Below, one piece after another: positions 1 through 9,339 of a stretch of DNA of 64,000 bases. Made by a program: the position numbers and the translations under genes. The notes below the pieces were generated by a model, which had not been told where the DNA came from, searched no databases, and saw only the letters and a program-made list of their open reading frames with translations. Each line of letters begins with the position of its first letter. Positions within the stretch are counted from its first letter, which is position 1. The DNA comes from Deltaproteobacteria bacterium (GTDB lineage: Bacteria; Desulfobacterota; Binatia; Binatales; Binataceae). Location of the stretch: NCBI GenBank assembly GCA_021827495.1, contig JAKAVN010000003.1, positions 766 to 64,765 of the forward strand. The letters are read 5' to 3'.

Positions 1-893
1 AGCAACGCATGCACGGTCTCGGTCGCCGGCACGCCAAGGCCGTGGCGGCGCGCGGCGCGCACCACCGCGCCGCTGATCGCGTCGTACTCCAGGCGTTTGC
101 CGCGCTCGAGGTCCTGCAGGGTCGAAGTCTTGATCGCCGCCGCGTTGGAAAAGCCGCGGGCGGTGTTGTAGAGCGTCTCGAGGTCCGCGTCGGAGATCTG
201 CGCGCCCTCGGCGCGTCCCACCATCGCGGTCTCGGCCATCAGGCGATACACCAGCGCGGCGCCCTCGGGGTCGGCGAACATTTCGTCCAGCGTGCAACGC
301 GCGAGCGCGCTCACCGTGTTGGTGCCGTTGTTGCCCGTCAGCTTCTTCCAGCGCACGCTCTTGAGGTCGCGGGTGAGCTGGCCCAAAACCCCCGCGCGCT
401 TGAAAGCCTCGGCCAGACGCCGCGCGCGCGGCGTCTCGCGTCCGTCCAGCTCGCCGAATTCGATTAAGCCGGAGGCGGTATGGAGCAGCTTGCCCGGCGC
501 GGTCAGCTCGGCGCCGACCCGCGCATTGCCGCCCATCACCGATTCGCGCGGCAGCACCGTGCACAGCGCCTCTTCGTTCTCGACCCCGTTCTGGATCGTC
601 ATCACCGCGCCGCCCTCGCCGAGGCATCCGTCGAGCTGGCGCGCGGCGGCGATCGTGTCGTAGGACTTGACGCAGAACAGGATTAGCTCGTAAGGGGCGA
701 ACTCGCGCGGGTTGCCGGTCGCCGTGACCCGCAAAGCGAAGTCGCCCTGGAAGCTCTTCACTTCGAGCCCGTGCGCGCGGAGCGCGCGCAGGTTGTCGCC
801 GCGCGCGCAGCAATAGACCTCCTCACCGGCCTGTTGCAGGCGCGCGCCGAAGAACAGCCCGACTGCGCCCGCGCCCATGATCAGGATTTTCAT
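1..893 (-). CDS. panE: 2-dehydropantoate 2-reductase (ketopantoate reductase), C-terminus cut by window edge
   Basis: Own translation of the minus strand from ATG at 891-893; absent from the ORF track because it runs off the window. MKILIMGAGAVGLFFGARLQQAGEEV has the GxGxxG Rossmann start, and the rest is ApbA/PanE-like (CVKSYD, TIQNG, KTSTLQDLERGK). Confidence 0.75.
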   Translation of the reverse strand, partial: MKILIMGAGAVGLFFGARLQQAGEEVYCCARGDNLRALRAHGLEVKSFQGDFALRVTATGNPREFAPYELILFCVKSYDTIAAARQLDGCLGEGGAVMTIQNGVENEEALCTVLPRESVMGGNARVGAELTAPGKLLHTASGLIEFGELDGRETPRARRLAEAFKRAGVLGQLTRDLKSVRWKKLTGNNGTNTVSALARCTLDEMFADPEGAALVYRLMAETAMVGRAEGAQISDADLETLYNTARGFSNAAAIKTSTLQDLERGKRLEYDAISGAVVRAARRHGLGVPATETVHAL

Positions 894-903
894 CGTTATT
901 TCC

Positions 904-1521
904 TCAACCGGCGCGGGCGAGCGCGCCGTGCCATAGGCCGGTCACCGCGGCGCGCAGCTCGTCGAGCGTGCCGTCGTTGCGGATCACGGCGGTGGCGAAC
1001 TTGCGCCGCTCCTCGTCGGAGAGCTGCGCCCTGAGGCGGGCCTCGGTCTGCGCGGGCTTCATCCCGCGGTCGCGCTCGACGCGCTCGATCACGTGCTCGC
1101 GTGACGCGGTTACCAGCCAGATTTCGTCGAACAGGGGCTGCCAGTTGGCCTCGATCAGGATGGCCGCCTCGATCACGATCGGCCGCGCCTCGCCGCCGCG
1201 CCGCAGCGCCGCGACCATCTCGCCCATGCGTGTGAACATCTTCGGATGCACGATCGAGTTGAGCCGCCGGAGCGCCGCCGGATCGGCAAACACGATCGGC
1301 CCGAGCTTGCGGCGGTCGATCGTGCGGTCGGGCGCCAGGATGCCCTCGCCGAAGGCGCCGATCAGGTCCTGGTAGGCGGGAGCGCCCGGCTGGTAGATCG
1401 CGTGGCCGACCTTGTCGGCGTCGATTACCGGCGCGCCCAGCTCGCCCAGGATTTTCGCCGCCGTGCTCTTGCCCGAGCCGATTCCGCCCGTCAATCCGAT
1501 GGTAATTGGTTTCACCGCCAT
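904..1521 (-). CDS. coaE: dephospho-CoA kinase
   Basis: Track ORF 904..1755 trimmed to the internal ATG at 1519-1521. MAVKPITIGLTGGIGSGKST P-loop and CoaE-like body (VIDADKV, IVHP). Confidence 0.9.
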   Translation of the reverse strand: MAVKPITIGLTGGIGSGKSTAAKILGELGAPVIDADKVGHAIYQPGAPAYQDLIGAFGEGILAPDRTIDRRKLGPIVFADPAALRRLNSIVHPKMFTRMGEMVAALRRGGEARPIVIEAAILIEANWQPLFDEIWLVTASREHVIERVERDRGMKPAQTEARLRAQLSDEERRKFATAVIRNDGTLDELRAAVTGLWHGALARAG

Positions 1522-1594
1522 TGATTCGTTGCCCCACCAGTCCTGCCGATCGGTCTTCCAATCCGCGCCGCTCGCAGCTTTGCGATTCGCTGTC

Positions 1595-3382
1595 CTAGCC
1601 GGCCGCCGCGCCTCCCCAAGACTGGAGATTGTAGAGGTAGCTGAAGAAGCCGCCGCGCGAAAGCAATTCGGCGAAGCTTCCCTGCTCGAGGATTTCACCG
1701 TCGCGCAGGACCAGGATGCGATCCGCGTTTTGAATCGTCGAGAGGCGATGCGCAATCACCAGCGTGGTGCGCCCGCGCATCGCTTCGCGCACCGCGGCCA
1801 GCACCAGCGACTCGGTCTCCACATCCAGCGCGCTGGTCGGCTCGTCCATCACCAGGATCGGCGCGTCGCGCAACAGCGCCCGCGCGATCGTCACGCGCTG
1901 CGCCTCGCCCTCGGAGAGGCTGTGGCCGCCCTGGCCGACGACTTCGTCAAGCCCGGCCGGCAGCCGCGCGATCACCGGGTCGAGGCGGGCGGCCGCGGCG
2001 GCGCGCTCGATCTCGCTCTGGCTCGCGCCGGGGCGGCCCAGCGCGATATTGGCGCGCATCGTGTCGTACAGCACCAGCGGTGGCTGGAGCACCATCGCGA
2101 CGTTGTGCCGCAGCGACTCCAGCGTGAAGTCCAGCGCGTTGTGGCCGTCGATGCGGATCACGCCCTGCTGCGGCTCATAAAAGCGCACCAGCAGGCTCGC
2201 CATCGTGGTCTTGCCCGCGCCGCTTGGCCCGACGATCGCGATCGTCTCGCCGCGTCCGGCGCGAAAGCTCACGCCCTTGAGCACCGGATGGTCCGGCGCG
2301 TAGCCGAAGACGACGCCCGCGAACTCGACCTCGCCGCGCGCGCGCCCAAGCGCCCGCGCTCCAGCCCGGTCCTTGACCTCGGGTTCGATCTCCAGCAGTT
2401 CCAGGCAGCGCCGCAGCCCCGCCATCGCCCCCTGCACCATGCCGTAGGTCTGGAACATCTGGTTGATCGGCGCGTAGAGCGAGGCGAGGTAGGTGGCGAA
2501 CACGATCAGGTCGCCGACCGTGAGCCGGCCGCTCAGCGTATGCAGCGCGCCGATGTAAATGACCACCGCGGTGCCGATCGCAATCAAGGTGTTTACCGCG
2601 CCGGCGTAAGCGGTCTGCAGCGTGTACAACCGCAGCGTCTCGCCCAGGCTCTCGCTGCTCGATTCGACGAACTCGCGATAGAACTCGGCCTCGCGGGTGA
2701 AGGCCTGCACCACGTGGATCGCGGCGAGCGAGCGGTGGGCGACCGTGTAGAGGCGGCTCTCCTTGATGCGGGCGGCGGCGGCGATGCGGTCGATCGGTTT
2801 GCTGGCGGTGGCGATCAGCGCGGCCAGAAACGGCACCACCGCCAGCGCCACGATCGTCAGCTCGGCGTCGATTCGCATCATCACCACGAACATCTCCGCC
2901 AGCATCACCGACGAGGACAGCAGCGGAAACAGACCGTTCATCGCGATGGTCTGGACCGAAAACGTGTCGTAGGTGATCCGCACCATCAAATCGCCGATCG
3001 GGCGGCCGCGATGGAACGAGAGCGAGAGGCGCTGCAGATGGTCGAACATTTCGGCCCGCAGATCGTTGACCATCCGCTGGCCGATCGAAATCGAAACATA
3101 ATTGTTGAAGACGTTGACCAGCCCGAGCACCGCGTACAGCGTGACCAGCCCCACGCACGCGGCGATCAGCAGGTCCGGGGCCGAAAGGCGAACGGCGCTG
3201 GCGGGCCACGCGGCGCTCAGCGGCGCGCCGCGCAATACGTTGTCGATGACGATCTTGAGCGGCCACGGCTTGAGCACTTCCAGCGCGGCGGCCAGCACCA
3301 CGCCCACCACGGCCAGCGCGAGGCGCCCCAGATGAGGCCGCGTGCGGCGCAGCACCACGCCGATGAGCCCAAGCGCGCCCAT
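1595..3382 (-). CDS. ABC exporter, fused permease/ATPase (MsbA/ABCB-like)
   Basis: Track ORF 1595..4426 trimmed to ATG at 3380-3382 (TGATG junction with the upstream stop). Six-TM exporter domain, Walker A GPSGAGKTT, signature LSEGEAQR, Walker B ILVMDEPTSALD. Confidence 0.9.
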   Translation of the reverse strand: MGALGLIGVVLRRTRPHLGRLALAVVGVVLAAALEVLKPWPLKIVIDNVLRGAPLSAAWPASAVRLSAPDLLIAACVGLVTLYAVLGLVNVFNNYVSISIGQRMVNDLRAEMFDHLQRLSLSFHRGRPIGDLMVRITYDTFSVQTIAMNGLFPLLSSSVMLAEMFVVMMRIDAELTIVALAVVPFLAALIATASKPIDRIAAAARIKESRLYTVAHRSLAAIHVVQAFTREAEFYREFVESSSESLGETLRLYTLQTAYAGAVNTLIAIGTAVVIYIGALHTLSGRLTVGDLIVFATYLASLYAPINQMFQTYGMVQGAMAGLRRCLELLEIEPEVKDRAGARALGRARGEVEFAGVVFGYAPDHPVLKGVSFRAGRGETIAIVGPSGAGKTTMASLLVRFYEPQQGVIRIDGHNALDFTLESLRHNVAMVLQPPLVLYDTMRANIALGRPGASQSEIERAAAAARLDPVIARLPAGLDEVVGQGGHSLSEGEAQRVTIARALLRDAPILVMDEPTSALDVETESLVLAAVREAMRGRTTLVIAHRLSTIQNADRILVLRDGEILEQGSFAELLSRGGFFSYLYNLQSWGGAAAG

Positions 3383-5844
3383 CAGGCGGCCGCTTCCTCG
3401 ACCTGGGCGCGGGCGCCGAGCGCGGCCACCGCGTCGGCGGCGGCCGCCTTGAGCGCGGCGGGCAGGCGGCTCAAACGCAGCACGGCGAGCGCCGCCGCGC
3501 AGACTCCGGCGATGGCGGTCGTGGCCACGGCGCTGGTGGCGGAGAAGCCGGTTACCAGCATCACCACGACAATTGCCGCCGCCGCCGCCGCGATGCGCCA
3601 TCCGGCGGGCGCGGCACGCCATGAGAGCGCGACGCGGCCGTCGTCTAGTTCCAGGCCGTTCAGCCGCACGCGCATCCCGGGTGGAATCACGATCTCGAGG
3701 TCGTAGGGCGCGTAACGATCGCCGCGGGCGGCGGCGAGGCCGCGGCGGACGAGCGCCGCACGCATCGCGTCGACCAGCGGCTCGACGCCGCCGGGGCCGA
3801 GCCGCGCCGCGGGCGTGACCAGTACGCGGCCGCGCGCGCGCACCGTGGCGGCCTCGTCCTCGGCGGGGCCGGGCGGCGGCGCGGAACTCCATATGACGCG
3901 CGCGCGCGCCGCGCTGCGCGCGAGCGCTCCCGCCAGCGAGGCAAGTGCGAGCAAGGCGCGTGCGGCCAGCGTCATCCTGGCGCCGCCGCACGGCGCGCGT
4001 ACCGTGGCGATGCGCACCGCGCCAGCGAGGGTCAGCGCGATTGCGGCCCATCCCAGCCACTCCATCGGCGCGCTCGCCAGGCCGGCCACGATCATGACGA
4101 TCGCGATCGCGACCCACGGCATGGTGAGCGGCAACTGCAGAAGCGGCGAAGCCTCGGCGGCCGGATAGACGGTCTGGAATAATCCGCGGCCGAAGGCGCC
4201 GTAGTAAATTCGCGCGCCGCCGAACAGGCCGCCGAGCCACGAGGCGCCGCCGTACACCGTGCCCGCGCCGCCGGCCTTCAGTGGATACTTGCGAAACAGC
4301 AAGCCCTCGCCCCGGCCATAGCCGCGTTGCTGTTCGACGTACGCGGCGAGCGTCGGGCGGCGCGCATGCATCACCACCGCGGCCGCAGCGCTTGCGATCG
4401 TCAGCTTGCGCTCGGCGAGCCGCCACGAGAAATCGACGTCATCGCCGGCGGCGGTAAACATCGGGTCGAATCCGCCAACCGCCCTGGCCGCGGCCTTGTC
4501 GACGATCATGTTGCATCCGCACACTTGCTCGAGCGTGTCGTCACCGGCACGAACCTCGCGCGGCTGGCCGGGCGCGGCGGCGATCGCGGCCGCGAGCGCC
4601 GAGGCGGGCGGCGGCGCGAGATTGGGGCCGCCGGCGGCCGCCGCGCCGCGGCGGATGACGGTTTCCACCAGATGGTAGAGCCAATCGCGATCGGCGCGCG
4701 CGTCAGCGTCGATGAAGGCGACGCAGCTTCCGTCGGCGGCCTCGAGCCCACGGTTGCGCGCGGCTCCGAGTCCGCGATGCTCCGTGCGGAGCACGCGCAC
4801 CCCGGCGCGCGCCGCGACTTCGCCGGTCGAATCGCTCGAGCCGTCGTCGACCACGATGGTTTCGTAGTCGGGATAGTTGAGCTGGGCGAGCGAGCCGAGG
4901 CATCCGCCGAGCGTCGCCTGCGCGTTGTAGGCGGGCACCACGACCGAGACCTTGGGAGGCTCCTTAAGCGGCGGCGGCAGCGGGCCTTTGAAGACTTCGC
5001 CGACCGCGGCGAAGGCGCGCTTGGTCGCGCGCGCGCGCGTCACCAGGCCGAAGGCCCAGTCGGTGATCTCGGCGCCACCGGTATGCCATTCGTCGGTGAA
5101 GGCGAACACGATAAAGCCCGAGAGGCCAAGTTCGAAGGCCGCGCGCGCCTGCCATGAGAGCAGCTCAGCCTGCTGCGCCTCGCCCTCGCGGATGGTGTCC
5201 ATCCCGGTTTCGCTGAGCATCAGCGGGCGCTCGCCCGTCGCCGCCATCAGATGCGTCAGGTAGCGGCGGAAGTCGGGCTCGCGATGCAGGTAGACGTTGA
5301 AGCAGATGAAATCGAGGAAACTCAGGTCGAGGTATTCGGCCGACGGGTAATTCGAGTAGGTGAAGAGCGAGTCGGGCGCGAGGCTTTTGCCGAGGTCGTA
5401 GAGTTCGCCCACAAAGCGGCTGACCGCGCGCGCGCCGTGCCAGCGCACGATGTCGGAGCGGACTTCGTTGCCGAGGCTGAAGGCGAGGATGACGTCGGCG
5501 AAGCGGCGCAGCTCGGTGACCGCGCCGCGAATCGCGCCGCGGATGTCGGCGGCCATCTGGCGCGAGTCGAGAAACGCCATGTGAAACGGCCACGGTATCC
5601 CGACCATCAGCCGCAGCTCGTGCCTGGCCGCCAGCTCGAACATCCACTCCGGCGGCGGCACGTAGGTGCGCACGACGTTGGCGCCCAGCTCGCGCATCAG
5701 CGCGAAATCCTGTGCGGCGCGTTCGGGCTCCGGATAGCGCTCGCCGCGCGAATTGGGGCTGAACGGCCCGTAAGAGACGCCGCGCGCGTGGAACTTGCGC
5801 TCGCCCTCGAACAGGAACTTGCCGCGTGCGACCAGACGATCCAT
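3382..5844 (-). CDS. fusion protein: clan GH-A-like TIM-barrel domain + family 2 glycosyltransferase + C-terminal multi-TM region
   Basis: 820 aa with no N-terminal signal peptide. N-terminal part has SLGNEV and LSETG motifs (acid/base-like and nucleophile-like Glu). Central GT2 region has VVVPAYN, IVVDDGSSD and FIDADA. The hydrophobic C-terminal third has several predicted helices. Confidence 0.8.
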   Translation of the reverse strand: MDRLVARGKFLFEGERKFHARGVSYGPFSPNSRGERYPEPERAAQDFALMRELGANVVRTYVPPPEWMFELAARHELRLMVGIPWPFHMAFLDSRQMAADIRGAIRGAVTELRRFADVILAFSLGNEVRSDIVRWHGARAVSRFVGELYDLGKSLAPDSLFTYSNYPSAEYLDLSFLDFICFNVYLHREPDFRRYLTHLMAATGERPLMLSETGMDTIREGEAQQAELLSWQARAAFELGLSGFIVFAFTDEWHTGGAEITDWAFGLVTRARATKRAFAAVGEVFKGPLPPPLKEPPKVSVVVPAYNAQATLGGCLGSLAQLNYPDYETIVVDDGSSDSTGEVAARAGVRVLRTEHRGLGAARNRGLEAADGSCVAFIDADARADRDWLYHLVETVIRRGAAAAGGPNLAPPPASALAAAIAAAPGQPREVRAGDDTLEQVCGCNMIVDKAAARAVGGFDPMFTAAGDDVDFSWRLAERKLTIASAAAAVVMHARRPTLAAYVEQQRGYGRGEGLLFRKYPLKAGGAGTVYGGASWLGGLFGGARIYYGAFGRGLFQTVYPAAEASPLLQLPLTMPWVAIAIVMIVAGLASAPMEWLGWAAIALTLAGAVRIATVRAPCGGARMTLAARALLALASLAGALARSAARARVIWSSAPPPGPAEDEAATVRARGRVLVTPAARLGPGGVEPLVDAMRAALVRRGLAAARGDRYAPYDLEIVIPPGMRVRLNGLELDDGRVALSWRAAPAGWRIAAAAAAIVVVMLVTGFSATSAVATTAIAGVCAAALAVLRLSRLPAALKAAAADAVAALGARAQVEEAAA

Positions 5845-5976
5845 CCCGATGAGCTAACCGCAAACAGTCGGAGCGCGCAACGCGGCCGCGCGCGATTCGA
5901 CCATCGGCAAACCGCGCGTGCTCCACGCGGCCAAGGGTTTCCATCGCCCGGCCGGGTCGCCTATATTGGCCCGATT

Positions 5977-6834
5977 ATGGAAAGCGGGCGCGGCGGCGAA
6001 CCGAAAAGCTTCTTCGTGGACGCCAACGGGATTCGGCTCAGTTGCCAAGACTGGGGCGGTGAGGGACTCCCAATCATAATTCTGCACGCGACCGGCTTTG
6101 TCGCGCGGCTGTACCGGCCGATCGCGCTCGCGTTGCGATCGGCGGGCCACGTCTACAGCTACGACCAGCGCGGCCACGGCGACAGCTCGCGCCCGGCTGA
6201 CGGCGACTACAGTTGGGCGAGGACGGCCGGCGATCTAAGCGCGTTCATCGTGGCGATGAAGCTCGAAGGAGCGCGCGGCCTGGGCCATTCGGCCGGCGCC
6301 ACCGCGATCGGCGCGCTGGCCGGAGCGCATCCCGAGTTGATTTCGCGCGGCGTGCTGGCCGAGCCGGTGGTGTTCGACGGCGAAGTGCCGGAGCCGGAAC
6401 AGAAGTCGCTGTACGAGCGCACGCTCAAGCGCAAGCGATGGTTCGAGAGCGCGGATGCGATGGTCCGCAGCCTCGGGCACAAGCCGCCGTTCGACACCTG
6501 GCGGCGCGGTATGCTGCGCGACTATTGCGAGTATGGCACGCGGCCGGCGCCGGACGGCGGAGTGGAACTCAAATGCCCGCCCGAAATCGAGGCGGAGTTC
6601 TACGCGCGCTCGCGCCAGTTCGCTGGCCTGCCGCTGATTCTCAAGAGCCGATCGCCGTTGCTGCTGATGTTCGGTGAAAAGAGCGGCTCGGCGGGTAATA
6701 GGATCTCGGACAAGATCGCGGCGCAACTGGAAAACGGCAGGGTCGTAAAGGTCCCGGACACGGGCCACTTCCTGCCGATGGAGCAGCCCGAAGAGGTTGC
6801 CCGGATGGCGCTCGAGTTTTTCAGCGAAAAATAG
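5977..6834 (+). CDS. alpha/beta-fold hydrolase
   Basis: Track ORF 5251..6834 trimmed to ATG 5977. HATGF oxyanion region, nucleophile elbow GHSAG, C-terminal GHFLPMEQP typical of the fold. Confidence 0.8.
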   Translation: MESGRGGEPKSFFVDANGIRLSCQDWGGEGLPIIILHATGFVARLYRPIALALRSAGHVYSYDQRGHGDSSRPADGDYSWARTAGDLSAFIVAMKLEGARGLGHSAGATAIGALAGAHPELISRGVLAEPVVFDGEVPEPEQKSLYERTLKRKRWFESADAMVRSLGHKPPFDTWRRGMLRDYCEYGTRPAPDGGVELKCPPEIEAEFYARSRQFAGLPLILKSRSPLLLMFGEKSGSAGNRISDKIAAQLENGRVVKVPDTGHFLPMEQPEEVARMALEFFSEK

Positions 6835-6929
6835 TTGGGCCGCGCGGCGATCCCGTGGGCGTGGCCGGACGCATCGCGCGCAACCATGCCCGGTGCGCTG
6901 TGGCGCCGATGCTGGGTGTTCCTTGGCGG

Positions 6930-7679
6930 CTACGGTCGCTCTAGCAGCGCGCGTGCCTCGTCACTGTAGACGCCCGGCGCGCGGTACATCACCAGCGGCG
7001 GCTCGATTTCGACCTCCACACCGCCGCCCTTGCGTGCTTCGACCAGCACGGTCGAGGCGCTGGCGGCGGCGTGGGGATGGACGAAGCGGATGCGCTTTGG
7101 CTCAAGGCGGCGGGCGCGCAGCGCTGAGATAAGCTCGGCGCTGCGCGCCGCCGCGAAGACGAACGCGGCGCGGCCGCCGTGGCGTGCGTAGCGCGCCGCG
7201 GCAGCGGTGAAGTCCTCGAGCCGGGCCGCCGTCTCGCCGCGGGCGAGACGGCGGCCCGCATGTGGACTTTCGTGCCCGCTTTGGCGGGCGCGAAACGGCG
7301 GGTTGGCGAGCACCAGGTCGAAGTTGCCGGGCACCGCGCCGAGCGCCCGGCGGTTGCGCAGGTCGGCGCATACGGCGCGCACCATACCGAGACTGTTGAG
7401 CGCCGCGTTGCGCTCGACGAGTGCGGCGAGCGCCGGTTGAATTTCCAAGGCGACTACTTCGCGCGGCCGTGCCAGCGCGGCGACGAGCAGCGCCACCACG
7501 CCGCATCCGGCGCCCAGCTCCAGTACGCGAGCCGCGGGACGCACGGCCGCGAAGCGCGCCAGCAGCACCGCCTCGACCGAGAAGCGGTAGCCGCGGCGCG
7601 GCTGGTAAAGGCGTAGCGCCCCACTCAGGATCGAGTCGAGCGTTTCCGGCGCGCTTGGTTCAGTAGTTCGTTCAGCCAT
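6930..7679 (-). CDS. SAM-dependent N6-adenine methyltransferase, tRNA1(Val) m6A37 (YfiC/TrmN6)-like
   Basis: Motif I LELGAGCGVVAL and catalytic NPPF (LANPPFR). Size and layout fit the YfiC family. Confidence 0.7.
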   Translation of the reverse strand: MAERTTEPSAPETLDSILSGALRLYQPRRGYRFSVEAVLLARFAAVRPAARVLELGAGCGVVALLVAALARPREVVALEIQPALAALVERNAALNSLGMVRAVCADLRNRRALGAVPGNFDLVLANPPFRARQSGHESPHAGRRLARGETAARLEDFTAAAARYARHGGRAAFVFAAARSAELISALRARRLEPKRIRFVHPHAAASASTVLVEARKGGGVEVEIEPPLVMYRAPGVYSDEARALLERP

Positions 7680-7693
7680 TCGTCCGTTCAGTT

Positions 7694-7900
7694 ATGGATT
7701 GGGGCGCCAAGGGCGCGCGCGACGCGCGCATCTTTCGCAAGGCCGGCGCCTATCTCGCCAAGGGCAACCTAACGCGCGTGCGCGAGGTGCTCAAAGAGGG
7801 GCGCGATCTCGCCGAACGCGAGGAACCTTCAAAAATGGCGCGTCGGTTCAGCGCCGAGATGGAGCGGGCCAAGGCGCCCGCCGATCCCGCGCAGGAATAA
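7694..7900 (+). CDS. hypothetical small protein (68 aa)
   Basis: ATG ORF divergent from the methyltransferase. Third codon positions are strongly G/C, as in neighbouring real genes. No recognisable family. Confidence 0.35.
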   Translation: MDWGAKGARDARIFRKAGAYLAKGNLTRVREVLKEGRDLAEREEPSKMARRFSAEMERAKAPADPAQE

Positions 7901-8005
7901 TCGTCGCGTGCGGGCTCCTTTCCGGGCCCGACAGAGGCGCGGCAGGCGCGGCAAAACCGCCGCTTGGCGGCAATTTCACTGCCATTGCGCATGCTGGTGT
8001 GCCGC

Positions 8006-8033
8006 TTGACGGCGCGCGGTTCGTACTTACGTT
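8006..8033 (+). promoter_or_regulatory. candidate sigma70-type promoter for hsp20 (TTGACG-N16-TACGTT)
   Basis: TTGACG at 8006-8011 and TACGTT at 8028-8033, about 90 nt upstream of the hsp20 start. By-eye match only. Confidence 0.3.
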
Positions 8034-8125
8034 CTATGCAGCGAGGCGTGGAGGGCGAAGGAGCCCAAAGCGCGCAGCGGAAATAAAATATCGACTGGCG
8101 GATAGGCAGTCGGGAGGTTTAGACG

Positions 8126-8563
8126 ATGGATGTGGTAATCGGAAACGGATACAGCAACGGATGGCTGTATGATCGGGTTAACCGGCTCAACCGGCTTTTC
8201 AACGAAGCGGGTTGGACGCATTCGGAAGCCGACTTGGTGCCGCGCAGCGACGTGGTCGAGCATGGCGAAGGCTATCACTTCTACTTCGAAATGCCGGGGA
8301 TCAAGGCCGACTCGGTCCAGGTCCAAGTTGAGGACGGCAACTTGGTAATCGAGGCGGAGCGCAAGCGGCCCGAGTGGCCTAAGGAAGCCGAGATTCACGT
8401 GGCGGAGCGCAGCTACGGCACGATGCGCCGGGCGTTCACGATGCCCGAGGATGCCAGCGCGGACGGGATCAAGGCGACCTATCGCGACGGCGTGCTCGAG
8501 GTGACGGTGGCGAAGAAGCCCGAAGCCAAGCCGACGAAGATCAAGGTCAACGTCGAGAACTAG
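8126..8563 (+). CDS. Hsp20/alpha-crystallin family small heat-shock protein
   Basis: GGGAGG RBS at 8112-8117. Alpha-crystallin domain signature (YHFYFEMPGIKADSVQVQVEDGNLVIEAER ... RRAFTMPEDA ... YRDGVLEVTV). Confidence 0.9.
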   Translation: MDVVIGNGYSNGWLYDRVNRLNRLFNEAGWTHSEADLVPRSDVVEHGEGYHFYFEMPGIKADSVQVQVEDGNLVIEAERKRPEWPKEAEIHVAERSYGTMRRAFTMPEDASADGIKATYRDGVLEVTVAKKPEAKPTKIKVNVEN

Positions 8564-8572
8564 TAGCCTCAA

Positions 8573-8609
8573 GTGGCGCGCCGCGCGCGTGAAGTGTGCG
8601 GCGCGCCAC
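8573..8609 (+). terminator. hairpin downstream of hsp20 (12-bp perfect stem, 13-nt loop, no U tract)
   Basis: gtggcgcgccgc (8573-8584) pairs with gcggcgcgccac (8598-8609). Confidence 0.35.
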
Positions 8610-8739
8610 AGTTCATGCGTCGGCGGAGCGAACGGCGGGGCAACCGCCGGTCGAGCCCGCTGACGCGCTTGTTTCTCTAGATGGCGCGGCGCAACGCGGC
8701 CGGCGCAGAGTCACCGGCGAAGGATTCGGAAGTGCTGAT

Positions 8740-9315
8740 ATGAGCGCATCGCTTGTCGTGCTGATAATCGCGATCGTGCTAGCCGGCTGGGCCGTGCTCG
8801 CCTACAACGGCCTGGTGAGCTTGCGCAATCAGGTGCAGAACGCCTGGCGCCAGATTGACGTCCAGCTCCGCCGCCGCCACGACCTCATCCCCAACCTGGT
8901 CGAGGCCGTCAAGGGCTACATGCAGTTCGAGCGCGACACGCTCACTCAGGTGGTTGAGGCGCGCGCCAAGGCGGTCGGCGCGCCCGACCAGGCTTCGCGC
9001 ATGGCGGCCGAGAACCAGATCACCGCGGGATTGGGCAAGCTGCTGGCGGTGATGGAGAACTACCCGCAGCTTAAGTCCGACCAGAATGTGCTCAAGCTGC
9101 AGGAGGAGTTGACCACCACCGAGAACCAGATCGCCTTTTCGCGCCAGGCCTACAATGACTCCGTGATGCAGCTCAACACGCGCGTCGAGAGTTTCCCCGC
9201 CAGTCTCATCGCCAACAATTTCGGCTTCAAGCATGCCGAGTATTTCCAGGGCGCGCCCGAAGACCAGGCGGTGCCGAAGGTCGATCTCTCGATGGGCGCG
9301 CCGCCGCGCGCTTGA
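8740..9315 (+). CDS. lemA: LemA family protein
   Basis: Track ORF 8596..9315 trimmed to ATG 8740. N-terminal TM helix followed by the LemA signature (YNGLVSLRNQVQNAWRQIDVQLRRRHDLIPNLVE ... ENYPQLKSDQN ... YNDSV). Confidence 0.9.
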   Translation: MSASLVVLIIAIVLAGWAVLAYNGLVSLRNQVQNAWRQIDVQLRRRHDLIPNLVEAVKGYMQFERDTLTQVVEARAKAVGAPDQASRMAAENQITAGLGKLLAVMENYPQLKSDQNVLKLQEELTTTENQIAFSRQAYNDSVMQLNTRVESFPASLIANNFGFKHAEYFQGAPEDQAVPKVDLSMGAPPRA

Positions 9316-9339
9316 CGGCCCTGCGCTGAGACGGAGCGG

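Noticed and set aside
1412-3706. 764-aa plus-strand ORF. Similar very long ORFs occur at 15909..18194 (761 aa), 42158..44119 (653 aa), 39894..41582 (562 aa) and 5251..5976.
   Set aside because: These lie antisense or out of frame to genes with unmistakable conserved motifs (ABC exporter, MoxR/DUF58, dnaE, argJ). Their translations are Arg/Ala/Gly/Pro-rich low-complexity strings. They are typical shadow ORFs of high-GC DNA, where stop codons are rare in non-coding frames.
1595-4426. 943-aa ORF treated as one protein. The same issue affects 37905..39488 (527 aa), 11508..14642 (1044 aa) and 41579..45169.
   Set aside because: The N-terminal extensions are Arg-rich nonsense that overlaps the neighbouring gene in another frame. 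Conserved protein sequence begins at internal starts (3382, 38786, 14087, 45028), which also give canonical junctions or RBSs.
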